Assembly: GCA_003154195.1 (NCBI GenBank)
Contig: PMCS01000015.1
Location: 1 to 61,796, forward strand
Length of the DNA: 61,796 nt
Source: Candidatus Omnitrophota bacterium
Lineage (GTDB): Bacteria > Omnitrophota > Gorgyraeia > Duberdicusellales > 4484-171
Reading direction: 5' to 3'
Made by a program: the position numbers and the translations under genes. The notes under the pieces were generated by a model, which saw nothing but the letters and a program-made list of their open reading frames with translations, was not told the origin of the DNA and did not search any database. The first letter of the stretch is position 1, and each line of letters opens with the position of its first letter. Below are positions 40,201-49,055 of the stretch, piece by piece.

Positions 40201-43200
40201 CGCGGAAAAGACCAACGCCCCGATTTTAGAGGCGCTGAAACAGGAATTTGATTTGCAAAGCGCGGGAGAAGCGGCCGAGGCGGATATGCTTTTGAAACTT
40301 ACGGTAGCAATCAATTCCGCGGACGTTATGTCTTATCAGGACGGAGTATTTTTTACCGCAGACGACGCCGAGCTAATGGCGGGTTACTTAAGCCTGGAGA
40401 AACTGGTAAGGTTCGACGCCGCAGAGTTCCGCCGGTTAAGATACGCCTGCAACGAGCGTGGAGTAGTAAACGAATTCAGGCTTGATGTTTTAGGCAAGAC
40501 AATGCGATTACTGCAGAAGCGTTACCGGGGATTCGCGCCGTTTCTGGGGTCAGCTGAAATGGGCCATTCTAAGGAAATATTTGCTAATCTTTCCGAGACC
40601 GACGTCGGGAGATTATTGAGGCTATCCTATATTATATCCCGCGCGCCGGGCCAAAACGCCGAAGCTCGCACTTTTGATTTTACCGCTTCCCGCCGGCTGG
40701 CCCCGTTAAGTTTCCAGCCGCTTCATGAAAGGCTGGCCGAGGTAGATTTTGAAAGATTAGCCGAGCTTCCCATTCATGATGCCGTCCGCTATCTGACCGA
40801 AATGGGATTGATTACCTATCTGAGCGGCGATGAAGGGACGGTGTATTACAATAATAAGTATTTAACCCATATTATACGTTATTTCAGCGCCGCGGCGATA
40901 AATACCCTGGCTTATTACGCTTCGCGCGGCGTCGGCACGCTTACCGACGACCATCTGGGCAACTTTTTAGTTATGTATAATTTGTCCGAAATCCACCGCT
41001 TAAGGATGTTTGCAAAGCACTGGCCGGTAATCCGTTTGTTATATGCCCTTTTAAACGGCGTGGTCAGAGGCGAAAAGATGTTTAATTTAAAGAGCATGGC
41101 GCCTAAGTTTGAAAACAGGAACGAAGAGCCTAAGGACCTGCTCTTAAGTATTGCCCGGGATTTAATCACGGAAGACCAGCAATACAGCCGCCAGCATCAG
41201 GAGGTTTATGACGCGCTTCGCGAGATCGACCAAGCCGGCCATATGCAGATTCTGATCGATTGGTTGAGCCGCGCCAATACGGTACGCTTGAACTATACCG
41301 CCCGCTGGGTTGATTTTGGGGCGGCGGGGTTTGTAAAATTTATTTATACCCTGGCTCTTTTATGGAGTAGAAGAACCGCCCAGGAAAAAGACAGGCCATA
41401 TTTATTTGCCGGAAAGTATATCGGAAAGCTGGAGAGAGAAAAAGTCGCGATTGTGGCTAAGACAGTGCCGGATATCGCAGGGCAATTCCAGAAACTTTGC
41501 GCGGGAGATATTTCCGAAGCAAAGTTCATCAGCGAAACTTTTGGTTTAACTGCCGAGGGATATTACGAAGATGCCGAAAAGACGATTGTTACTTTAACCC
41601 AGGCGGCGGCCGCGGCGAGCCCGATGGAAATGAAAACCGAAAGACGAGGGATGAAGGATGAAGGACGAAAAGATGATATTGCCGCGGAACGCGGGACGAA
41701 GGCGGGGAGCCCGGCAATTCCCGGGAACGCGCCAAGAATTCCCGTGACGTTTATTGCTTCTTCCGATCCTTATACGGTGAAGGGTGAAATTATAGTGCCC
41801 GAGGACGCGAAAAATGGTAAAGCAAAAATCTGCATACTGTCGATGGGCATGTTCATAGCATTATGGTCGAATATCTGGATTGAAAACGGCCGGATGATGC
41901 AAATAACCAATAGTGCTCAAACTAATGGGCTTACGCATAGCATTGCTTATGATGCCGTCAGGGATGTGTTGACAGTCGAAGCGCGTAACCTCAGCAATAC
42001 CCGTCAATTAGAGGCGTATCTTATCTCCGCCGCCAGCCCGGCCGAAGGCAAGACGAAAGTCGGATTGGTTTCAAGCGCGGTACCTCAAAGGATTCGGCGT
42101 CATGTAATAAAAAAGAAGGACGGCGTCGATCCTGAATATCTCGCAGGAATAAATGCCAAAGAAAAAAAGACGATAGTCATATACGGCGGGCTGGGTTCGT
42201 TAGGCGAGAGATTTCTGGGGCCCGGCATCCGCGAGCTGAACGATACATTTAACGTAGATTTCATCGCGGTGGACACCAAAGATCCTTCCCGGGAAGCCGA
42301 CAGGCGTTTTATAAAAAAACGTAAACAAGTGCTTAAAGATGCGGGTTTGCCGGTTAGCGCTTATTTTTCTATCGGAAATTTTGGTAAAGCGCTGGATAAG
42401 GCACGGGGAACGATTCGCATAAAAGGAAGAGATATTAAAGTCGACGGAGTTATCACTGCGGTACCTACTAAGTATCACCTCAAGTACGCGCAAACATGGG
42501 TCAGGAGAAACATACCGGTATGGATGGAAAAACCCATTACGATGGTTGACGAAATTCCCGGTTTAAAACGACTGAATACCCAGCATCCCGGAAAAATATT
42601 CGCGGTAGATTTTTTTATGGACAGCGATGCGTTGATGTCGGTCTTAAAAGATAAAGATATTTTAGGCGGCATAGGAAAAATTAAGCGTATCGACGGCCGC
42701 TGCGTTGAGACATGGGGGGTTGAGCGCGAACCCAGGAAGTGGCTCCTTGATCCCGCGATAAGCGGAGGCGGATTGATGATAGACACTGCGGTCCACCCCC
42801 TCGCGATGATCGAGTCGGTCTTAACAACAAAAGGGATGACGCTTGGGCAAGCGGAGGTTGAGGATTGCCGGCTTGCCCGGTATGTAAATAACCCTGCCGA
42901 TAAGATTGTTCCCAGCCAAACCGAGACGTATGGTTGGATTAAAGGGCGAGTAGGCGATATTGAATTTTATGTAGACAGCGGTAAAGGTGTAGGCCGGGTA
43001 TATTATGGAATCACCATAACCGGCGACAAGGGAAGCGTAGAGGTATTTGTAGGAACAGAAACCCTGGATCCTTATATTAAGGTAACGCATAAAGACAGCA
43101 GCGTCGATATGTATCGTTTTTCAAAAGGAAGCCTGGGGTATAAGAGGACATTTTTGGATTTCATGTTATTCTTGCACGGTTCTAAGAAACACGACGGAGT

Positions 43201-46200
43201 TGGGCTGGATACACGTATGTCGGCGGCCATGCATAGCTTAGAAGTGGTTGGCAAGGCATATAAAAAGTCCGAGGGGATAGGAACATATTTGCTAGGGAAT
43301 GATCCTACGGTACCGACTGAAGTTCAAGGAATGCCGTTTAAAGGGCTTCGTCCCAAAGGTAAGGCACTTTGGGGTAACGGTGAAGTTCTAACTAAATCGA
43401 AAAGTACTGTTGGTTCCAGCCCGGCAAGTGCGGAAAGACCGAGGGATGAAGTCCGCCAATTTACAAAACAAATTGGCGAGACCTCGCCATCCACCGGATG
43501 GCGGGGACGAGGGATGAGGGATGAAGGACGAAATGACGATACTGCCGTGGGCCGTGGAACGTCCGCGGCTTCGCCGCTGGGACGTGGGAAGAGGGAAAAA
43601 GGTAGTGCCAGCCCCTTGTGGTGGAATCTGCGCAAGCTAAAAAGCTATAAACTGGAGACACGAATTGAGGCAGCCAACCAGTTAGCCCTTCGTGGCGGCC
43701 GAGATATAATGGATATATTATTTGCAGCCTATCGCGGTGAACGGTCCTCTGGTGTCAGGAGTGCGATCATTAGAGCCCTTAAGCACAACAACAATTACGC
43801 AGGCCCTATGCTTGTCGACGCTCTCAGGGGCAGCGATCCGGATATCCGCGTTTCTGCCGTTATGGTTCTTGGGGAAATGAGAGACTCATCGTATGAAGAC
43901 GCCGTCTATGCCGCTTTTTCTAATACCAATCCCGTAGCAGTATATAACGCGCTTGTTAATATTAATGGGAAAATGCGAAGATCTGTCGAAGATATCTACG
44001 CTGAATTAAAAAGACAAGACGGTGATTTTAGTTTATTGCCCGAAGCCATTCGATTAGCGGCAGCAGGGTATGGATTCAAAGTTGAGGTAAAACGGGAAGT
44101 TGTGATTGACAAGGTAGGCCATGAAGGTGTAGTCGATGAGCAGATTAAGTCTTTTCCTACTGATAATAATGATAATGTTCAGGAGTATTTAGATCAAGGT
44201 TATCGTATAACAGATATTTCGGCGGATGGTTCATACATAGGATCGGGCAGCGCCGTTGGGTATTATTTTTATTTGGAAAAAAGAGGTTTGGTGTATAATT
44301 CGCCAACCGAGAAGGTTACTCGCACGCTTGTCCCTGTGAAAATTGGTTCCAGCCCGACATCAACCGCTATGAAGACAGCAGGGTCGCCGGTATCTTTGCC
44401 GATCGGCCTTTTAGATAAGACGATTGAGATTTTTAGCCAAGCCGATACCGAAAAATTAGATACGATAAAAGATTCTTTTAACTCTTTTGCCGACGGCCTT
44501 CTGCGTAGTTATAAACCTGAACCGGATGAGGCTGACTTGGCCAGAATAAAGCAGTTAACCGAGCATACCGTAGAATTTTTAAAAGCGATGAAATCAAGGG
44601 ACACCCGGATAAGAGGAGTAAAAGAAAAGTTGCTTCCAATCATCGGGTTGTTGCACGATATCGGTAAGGTAATTACTTATGTCGGCCATGAAGAGTCAGG
44701 GGTAAAGGTTTTAACCGACCATAATATTATCGGCCAATTGGTAGACAGTGGTTACATAAGTAAAGACGAAGGAGCGTTGGTTGAGACCGCGGTGCGCTAC
44801 CATACCTTTGTCGGCTTAAACTGGATTGGTGAAAAAGGTTATGTGACGTGGAAGGAATTTTTTGAAGACAGCGCGGTAGCAGCGTGGCGCGCCGGTAACG
44901 ATTTATCCACTTTACTTGAGCTCATCGCAAAAATGGGCATATTTGATCTTCTGGCCTATAAAAATTCCCTGCAGTCGTCGAGGGAAAAAGGATACATTGA
45001 TTTGGCCGAAACAGTAGCCGCTGCGGTTTCCCGCGGCGGAAACTTGGAAGAAAATCTTGCCGCTTTAGACCGGGAAAAATCCCCCGAGCGCGTTGAGCAC
45101 CTGATTTCCTGGAGAGATAATAATATGGATAGTTCTCGGCGCGTCGGTTATATGGGCGAATGGGGAAAAGCGGCAGAAGCCGTCCAGGCCCAGGAAGCGT
45201 TTATGAAAATTTTAGAAACCGTTACCGGCCACAGAGATATCCAGTCATTTATCAATGAAGCTTTAGGGAAAGAGGCAAATATTGAGCGATTCGGCGTTAT
45301 ATTTCCGGCACTGGCCTGGTCCGATGCTGCCGCCGCCGGGAGCGAAGAAGATTTCGCGAAGACTTTATATTTCTGGCAGGAAATAACGGCAGGACATTCC
45401 GTTAACCCCGGCGCGGTTAAATTCCTGGCTCTCTTGTTGCTGGCCGGTCGTATTTTTCCCGGGCATTCAAGCATTGTCACGCTCGGCAAGGACAATGTAG
45501 AAATAGCCAAATTGATAGGCAAACCGGGATTTTCCCGCTATCTTTATGCTTTAAACCAGGCAATGGCTTCTTTGACGGGGATAAAAGTATCGGAAGATAA
45601 GATTACTTTGCTGGGGGAAGGCGGCGCGCCACTCGGCTCATTTATGCAATTCGACCAAAGCAAAGGAACTATAACATTTTTTGCCGAACCGGCCGACGCT
45701 TCCAGCCCCGCTTTTCTGGATGATAACGCTAAAGCAGCGGGACGGAAAGCTTCGCTTTCCAGCCCGCTGGAACAGGGAAAGGTTGTCGATATTCCCAGCC
45801 GTCAAAACAGTAATTGGGTCTGGTTTCCCATGACTGAGCCGGAAAGGGCAGATTTTAAAGCAGGGAGAAAAGTTTTGCATATTTACGGTGAAAACAGCAA
45901 TGAGGCCCTGGCAGTAGTGCGTTATTTTTTGCCCGGAGAGCCGGACCCCCGGGCGCAAAAAATAAAAGTTGAGGCGCCAAAGGCCTCCGTAACCGGTCAA
46001 AATCCGTGGGAGGTAAATATCCAAAAAACGGGTTTAGTGGCCAAGATAATAGTTTCCTATGACCCTTCCGGGGAAAGAATACTGGTTAAGGGAAAAAATT
46101 TTGATTTGCGAGGAATCCCTAAACCATTCCATATGATGTTAGCCACACCAAGGGAGGGAGATGCCGGCCTGGTAGCAAAAGGGTTGGCAGGTGTCAGGTT

Positions 46201-46675
46201 GGCGTCACGGGACGCCGGCACTTATTCTCATGACTACGCGGCAGGGAAGATAATCACTCCTCGCTCCGGATATAGGGTACCGGTGGAGAAAGGTAGGCCT
46301 ATTTTATCCCAGGTTAAGAGCATCGCGGCTGCGCTTAACAATGTCCCTGAGGAGCAGATTGAAGTTGACTTCATATCGCGCGATAAAGAGAACAGTATCA
46401 GGGGGTTTCGCGTAACGATTTTACCACCGGCCGGGGGAATCGCGGGGAACGGAGCTGCGGGAAGCGGAACGAATGCTAATCCCCGTTCCTCATCTTCCGT
46501 TAATGCAGATGCGCCCGGCGGTATCAAAATGTCCAACATCCCGGTGATATCTTCGGCGGCGTCGCAGAAGATTGAATTCGCGGCGATCGGCCCGGACTTT
46601 TTCGATAGACTAACATTTCGGATCGTTTCGATGAGACACATTGCATCGTTGGCGCAGTTTGCGTCGATACCATAA
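37235..46675 (+). CDS. Giant modular protein (~3150 aa): signal peptide, conserved N-terminal domain, SP-delimited cargo (two HD domains, Gfo/Idh/MocA oxidoreductase, HEAT repeats), conserved PGGI C-terminus
   Basis: GGAGG at 37226; signal peptide ending AHA|A. LAAFMHDIGD (~40030) and GLLHDIGK (~44650). IVIYGGLGSLG..AVPTKYH..MEKP..GGGLMIDTAVH (~42160-43300). HEAT-like DPDIRVSAVMVLG (~43830). Confidence 0.92.
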   Translation: MLSFLAQPKRKLFSKLTLILVLFSFLGTSLGTNYAHAALALPEPTQLLGLSPSYSFPILKGLKLNPANPLQIEFIIDSANQDTVSKEEASKLIRYFLAGLTIPEDDLWVNLSVYEKDHIINESAAATDVGRDMLAQDYVLKQLVSSLTYPESEVGKSYWQKAYQAAAKAFGTTDIKLDTFNKIWIAPDKAEVYEYKNTAVVNQATLKAMLEQDFLALQKGTKDEVRQFVKQIGETSPSAGWRERGMKDEKAGQINKVASDVMREVVVPKITEDINSGKNFATLRQIYYSLILAKWFKEKFKESFYKHYINQKKIKGIDIHDPTAKEQIYNLYTQAFKKGIYDYIKKEVVPVEPVMPVAGLKSSNGLNRPNSFKTVRRRYFSGGINFLIGVVSSVVPSATFDATQRMGKFNAVGTLLTNEVANDNSIGVAGSPAGMETDGRGMRDEGRGEDTVGREDVGRGTKGASASPASASPVKDFDVFLGVILNDESLQHAHPAIYQKIKARGSANKVRGDIVKELDLIRTQLGDAQGPVDLEALHQYLLAKAQDFRDKGDYKSEAIAYFHALRVLAGPISSLTELMVHDIASKDHYSSVQKSLLDAISRSYRAIPQHEIDYFNTLWKSRNTSIRELWQWVQRNTIVGCLDYVVDSGDGFWAGRSRWDKIDQSCKFFEALESHRTGESNDHWYDYLNSRRAAGEEPLDRELLEAMQEGYDRIEQGGKDETIKKIIFLSNLTMDYPKILLGNDDASVRPVLWPFYKMLPIEKEDTELLLVLAEEHRDYRTLGLGDSRGPEAFVKKLSVEPPQQEEERLPEPAYDAPAAAKLKEAFNGNGADVAGKLEALYQSGDLARAISYLALLDRPKTKGVTILQHCVQVVRWMAAVDEGDFAGFSALRKGKPYIPESHFRSLSRALRQARDYIAGLYDEQTANRLIYLAAFMHDIGDIFNYGDHTTRGAAMIEPVLAILGINDRRIANWFRFIIRYHSEFGGMNIAEKTNAPILEALKQEFDLQSAGEAAEADMLLKLTVAINSADVMSYQDGVFFTADDAELMAGYLSLEKLVRFDAAEFRRLRYACNERGVVNEFRLDVLGKTMRLLQKRYRGFAPFLGSAEMGHSKEIFANLSETDVGRLLRLSYIISRAPGQNAEARTFDFTASRRLAPLSFQPLHERLAEVDFERLAELPIHDAVRYLTEMGLITYLSGDEGTVYYNNKYLTHIIRYFSAAAINTLAYYASRGVGTLTDDHLGNFLVMYNLSEIHRLRMFAKHWPVIRLLYALLNGVVRGEKMFNLKSMAPKFENRNEEPKDLLLSIARDLITEDQQYSRQHQEVYDALREIDQAGHMQILIDWLSRANTVRLNYTARWVDFGAAGFVKFIYTLALLWSRRTAQEKDRPYLFAGKYIGKLEREKVAIVAKTVPDIAGQFQKLCAGDISEAKFISETFGLTAEGYYEDAEKTIVTLTQAAAAASPMEMKTERRGMKDEGRKDDIAAERGTKAGSPAIPGNAPRIPVTFIASSDPYTVKGEIIVPEDAKNGKAKICILSMGMFIALWSNIWIENGRMMQITNSAQTNGLTHSIAYDAVRDVLTVEARNLSNTRQLEAYLISAASPAEGKTKVGLVSSAVPQRIRRHVIKKKDGVDPEYLAGINAKEKKTIVIYGGLGSLGERFLGPGIRELNDTFNVDFIAVDTKDPSREADRRFIKKRKQVLKDAGLPVSAYFSIGNFGKALDKARGTIRIKGRDIKVDGVITAVPTKYHLKYAQTWVRRNIPVWMEKPITMVDEIPGLKRLNTQHPGKIFAVDFFMDSDALMSVLKDKDILGGIGKIKRIDGRCVETWGVEREPRKWLLDPAISGGGLMIDTAVHPLAMIESVLTTKGMTLGQAEVEDCRLARYVNNPADKIVPSQTETYGWIKGRVGDIEFYVDSGKGVGRVYYGITITGDKGSVEVFVGTETLDPYIKVTHKDSSVDMYRFSKGSLGYKRTFLDFMLFLHGSKKHDGVGLDTRMSAAMHSLEVVGKAYKKSEGIGTYLLGNDPTVPTEVQGMPFKGLRPKGKALWGNGEVLTKSKSTVGSSPASAERPRDEVRQFTKQIGETSPSTGWRGRGMRDEGRNDDTAVGRGTSAASPLGRGKREKGSASPLWWNLRKLKSYKLETRIEAANQLALRGGRDIMDILFAAYRGERSSGVRSAIIRALKHNNNYAGPMLVDALRGSDPDIRVSAVMVLGEMRDSSYEDAVYAAFSNTNPVAVYNALVNINGKMRRSVEDIYAELKRQDGDFSLLPEAIRLAAAGYGFKVEVKREVVIDKVGHEGVVDEQIKSFPTDNNDNVQEYLDQGYRITDISADGSYIGSGSAVGYYFYLEKRGLVYNSPTEKVTRTLVPVKIGSSPTSTAMKTAGSPVSLPIGLLDKTIEIFSQADTEKLDTIKDSFNSFADGLLRSYKPEPDEADLARIKQLTEHTVEFLKAMKSRDTRIRGVKEKLLPIIGLLHDIGKVITYVGHEESGVKVLTDHNIIGQLVDSGYISKDEGALVETAVRYHTFVGLNWIGEKGYVTWKEFFEDSAVAAWRAGNDLSTLLELIAKMGIFDLLAYKNSLQSSREKGYIDLAETVAAAVSRGGNLEENLAALDREKSPERVEHLISWRDNNMDSSRRVGYMGEWGKAAEAVQAQEAFMKILETVTGHRDIQSFINEALGKEANIERFGVIFPALAWSDAAAAGSEEDFAKTLYFWQEITAGHSVNPGAVKFLALLLLAGRIFPGHSSIVTLGKDNVEIAKLIGKPGFSRYLYALNQAMASLTGIKVSEDKITLLGEGGAPLGSFMQFDQSKGTITFFAEPADASSPAFLDDNAKAAGRKASLSSPLEQGKVVDIPSRQNSNWVWFPMTEPERADFKAGRKVLHIYGENSNEALAVVRYFLPGEPDPRAQKIKVEAPKASVTGQNPWEVNIQKTGLVAKIIVSYDPSGERILVKGKNFDLRGIPKPFHMMLATPREGDAGLVAKGLAGVRLASRDAGTYSHDYAAGKIITPRSGYRVPVEKGRPILSQVKSIAAALNNVPEEQIEVDFISRDKENSIRGFRVTILPPAGGIAGNGAAGSGTNANPRSSSSVNADAPGGIKMSNIPVISSAASQKIEFAAIGPDFFDRLTFRIVSMRHIASLAQFASIP

Positions 46676-46750
46676 AAAAGATAGGTTAAGGTTAGGGCTA
46701 AGAAGCCGGTTTGGGTAAAGGTGAGGGTTAAGGCTGATACGAATTTTAAG

Positions 46751-46879
46751 CCCTAACCTTTACCCTGACCCACACTGGCATCTTTACCCTTACCCTAACC
46801 GAGTTTTTTTAGCCCATACCGGCATCCTTACCCTAAACAAGTTTTTGCCCCTACCCAAACCCGCCGGTTTTGTTATAAT
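46751..46879 (+). repeat. Copy of the hexamer-rich element and promoter seen after giant gene 1
   Basis: cccctacccaaacccgccggttttgttataat. Confidence 0.75.
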
Positions 46880-46976
46880 AGTCCTCACCATAACTTCTCC
46901 GGGAGCGAATGGAGCCTATACGAAAACAGTTAAGGCAGGCAGGTAAGAACCCGGCGCATACGTAAGAGTATTCCCT

Positions 46977-48287
46977 ATGCAATTGCCGACAAATAATTTT
47001 TCATCGGCCTATCACGCATCTTCGCTGGAAGTCCTTGAGCGGTCATTGAAAGACATCCCCTTTTACCGCGCGTGGCGCGCGCTTGACCCGGGCGCCGGCC
47101 GGCCGGTCGATGAGCGGTTCCAGGCGTTGCCGGTTTTAGGCAAAGCGGATATCCGGCAGTATTTTCCCGGCGGGTTTATACCGCAAGGCGCCGACTTTGA
47201 CACGGCGTTGGCGCGCGGGATTATCGAATATGTCGCGACCAGCGGCACGACCAGCGAACAGGTCACCAATATCTGGAACCAGCAATGGTGGGATGCCAGC
47301 GAGCGCGCCTCGTGGCAGTTGAATCGCGTATTATCTGACGCTACCAAGAGTGAACATCGCGAGGCATTGTTAGGCAGCGCGTTAAGTATCGGCGATATCG
47401 ATGATACCGGTGATATCGCATACGAAGACCGGCTATGGAAAAATTATCTTTTCCTTAACGAAAAAAGCTCGCCCCTGTTGTGGCAGGAAAAGCATTACCG
47501 TCGCATGATCGAAGAGCTGGCCAGATTTCAACCGGATATCCTTGAGGCGAATCCTTCATATTTATGGCACTTATGCCGGTATGCGTCGCAGCATAACGTA
47601 AGCTTGCATCAGCCGCGCGCGATCATATACACCTATGAATTGCCGTTCGCCTGGCAAAAGCGCTGGATACAGCGCGTATTCGATTGCCCGTGCGCGAGTT
47701 CCTATGGCTCAACGGAATTGGGATATGTATTTATGGAATGCCCTTACGGCAGGCTGCATCAAAATACGCGGTTTGTCCGGGTCGATTTCCAGCCCTTGGC
47801 ACCTGAGCATGGCGGCCATGATATGGGAAGGATATTAGTAACTACGTTTGGTAATCCCTGGTACCAGATCGTACGCTTTGACCCAGGAGATATTGTCCGA
47901 TTATCGGAAGCCCCTTGCGCGTGCGGCGGCCGGGAAGGTTTTGTGCTTGAGGCGATAGAGGGGAGATTTGCCTACTGTACGCAGGATTACCGGGGCAGGC
48001 TTATTACGCCTCGCCGCCTTGACGCCGCAATGCAGGGCGTTGACGGTATTTCAGGATACAGCTTAGTCCAGGAAGCACCCGGAGAGTACGCTATACGCGT
48101 ATGCGCCGACAAGCCGCTTTCCCAGGCTCGAGAGGAGATCGTTACCGCTCTACAGCGAGTATATGGTATTGAGGCTAAGTTTTTTGTTGAGTTTTGCGAT
48201 GCGATACAACCGGAGCCTTCAGGAAAGTTTTGTTACAGCCGGTCAAAGTGTTTGCCGGATATCAATCATTTTATACGCACACGATAA
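46977..48287 (+). CDS. Phenylacetate-CoA ligase/CapK-like adenylate-forming enzyme
   Basis: IPFYR, LPVLGK, TSGTTS, YGSTE, RFDPGD, CACGG, IEGR, SGKF. Confidence 0.85.
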   Translation: MQLPTNNFSSAYHASSLEVLERSLKDIPFYRAWRALDPGAGRPVDERFQALPVLGKADIRQYFPGGFIPQGADFDTALARGIIEYVATSGTTSEQVTNIWNQQWWDASERASWQLNRVLSDATKSEHREALLGSALSIGDIDDTGDIAYEDRLWKNYLFLNEKSSPLLWQEKHYRRMIEELARFQPDILEANPSYLWHLCRYASQHNVSLHQPRAIIYTYELPFAWQKRWIQRVFDCPCASSYGSTELGYVFMECPYGRLHQNTRFVRVDFQPLAPEHGGHDMGRILVTTFGNPWYQIVRFDPGDIVRLSEAPCACGGREGFVLEAIEGRFAYCTQDYRGRLITPRRLDAAMQGVDGISGYSLVQEAPGEYAIRVCADKPLSQAREEIVTALQRVYGIEAKFFVEFCDAIQPEPSGKFCYSRSKCLPDINHFIRTR

Positions 48288-48311
48288 GGGCTGTTATCAG
48301 AGGCTAAAACT

Positions 48312-48962
48312 ATGCAGGAAAACGTATATCTTATTGCCGGAGGCAAGGGGAATTCCTTTTGCCCCCTTTTGCGGCAGATATACCGCCGGGCAGGCGCGCG
48401 CAACCCGGTTATCGCGTATTCCGGCGCGGCCAATAATGAGCGCGCTGATTTTTTTACCTGGGCCCGTACCAGTTTGATAAAAGCCGGGGCGCGGGACGTG
48501 CGGCATGCCGACAGCCGCAAGCCCCAAAGCGCTGTCCTCGCCTGCCGGTCGGCGGATATGGTTTTTGTATCCGGCGGAGATGTTGACGCCGGTATGCGCC
48601 GGTTGGCCAAAAGCGGGTTGGCTATCGAATTTAAAAAAATACATCAAGCCGGAAAAGTTTTTATCGGCGTATCGGCCGGCAGCATCATACTGGCAAGAGC
48701 GTGGGTTCGCTGGACCGGTAAGAATGAAGATGCACCGGTTATGTTCGATTGCCTCGGCATAGCGCCGGTATATTGCGATACACACGATGAACCAGAGTGG
48801 GAAGAATTGAAAGCACTGCTAGAGTTATCGAAAAAGCCTGCGCGCGGGTATGGCCTTCGCAGCGGAGCGGCGGCATATGTTAAAAACCGGCGGCTGATAA
48901 GATTGGCCGGCGATATCGATATTGTAGAAAAAAAGAGGACGCGGGCACCTTTTTGTACTTGA
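48312..48962 (+). CDS. Peptidase S51 (peptidase E/cyanophycinase-like, GATase1 fold)
   Basis: VFVSGGD, GVSAGS nucleophile motif, DTH. Confidence 0.85.
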   Translation: MQENVYLIAGGKGNSFCPLLRQIYRRAGARNPVIAYSGAANNERADFFTWARTSLIKAGARDVRHADSRKPQSAVLACRSADMVFVSGGDVDAGMRRLAKSGLAIEFKKIHQAGKVFIGVSAGSIILARAWVRWTGKNEDAPVMFDCLGIAPVYCDTHDEPEWEELKALLELSKKPARGYGLRSGAAAYVKNRRLIRLAGDIDIVEKKRTRAPFCT

Positions 48963-49018
48963 CTAGCCAACGGGTTAAGCGCGGAACCTCTCCGAGCGGT
49001 TGTTTTTTGGGATTTTTA

Positions 49019-49047
49019 TTGACACCGCTTAGGCGTTGTTATAACAT
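49019..49047 (+). promoter_or_regulatory. Sigma70-type promoter
   Basis: TTGACA-17 bp-TAACAT just upstream of 49056. Confidence 0.5.
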
Positions 49048-49055
49048 ACAACAAT

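Noticed and set aside
1-46675. Diversity-generating retroelement or inteins as the explanation for the paralog differences
   Set aside because: There is no reverse transcriptase, differences in the shared regions are mostly synonymous rather than adenine-specific, and no intein C/S...HN motifs occur at module ends.
46681-46800. Telomere-like TTAGGG/CCCTAA repeats
   Set aside because: They are degenerate inverted hexamer tracts inside a bacterial intergenic region, part of the local short-repeat families.
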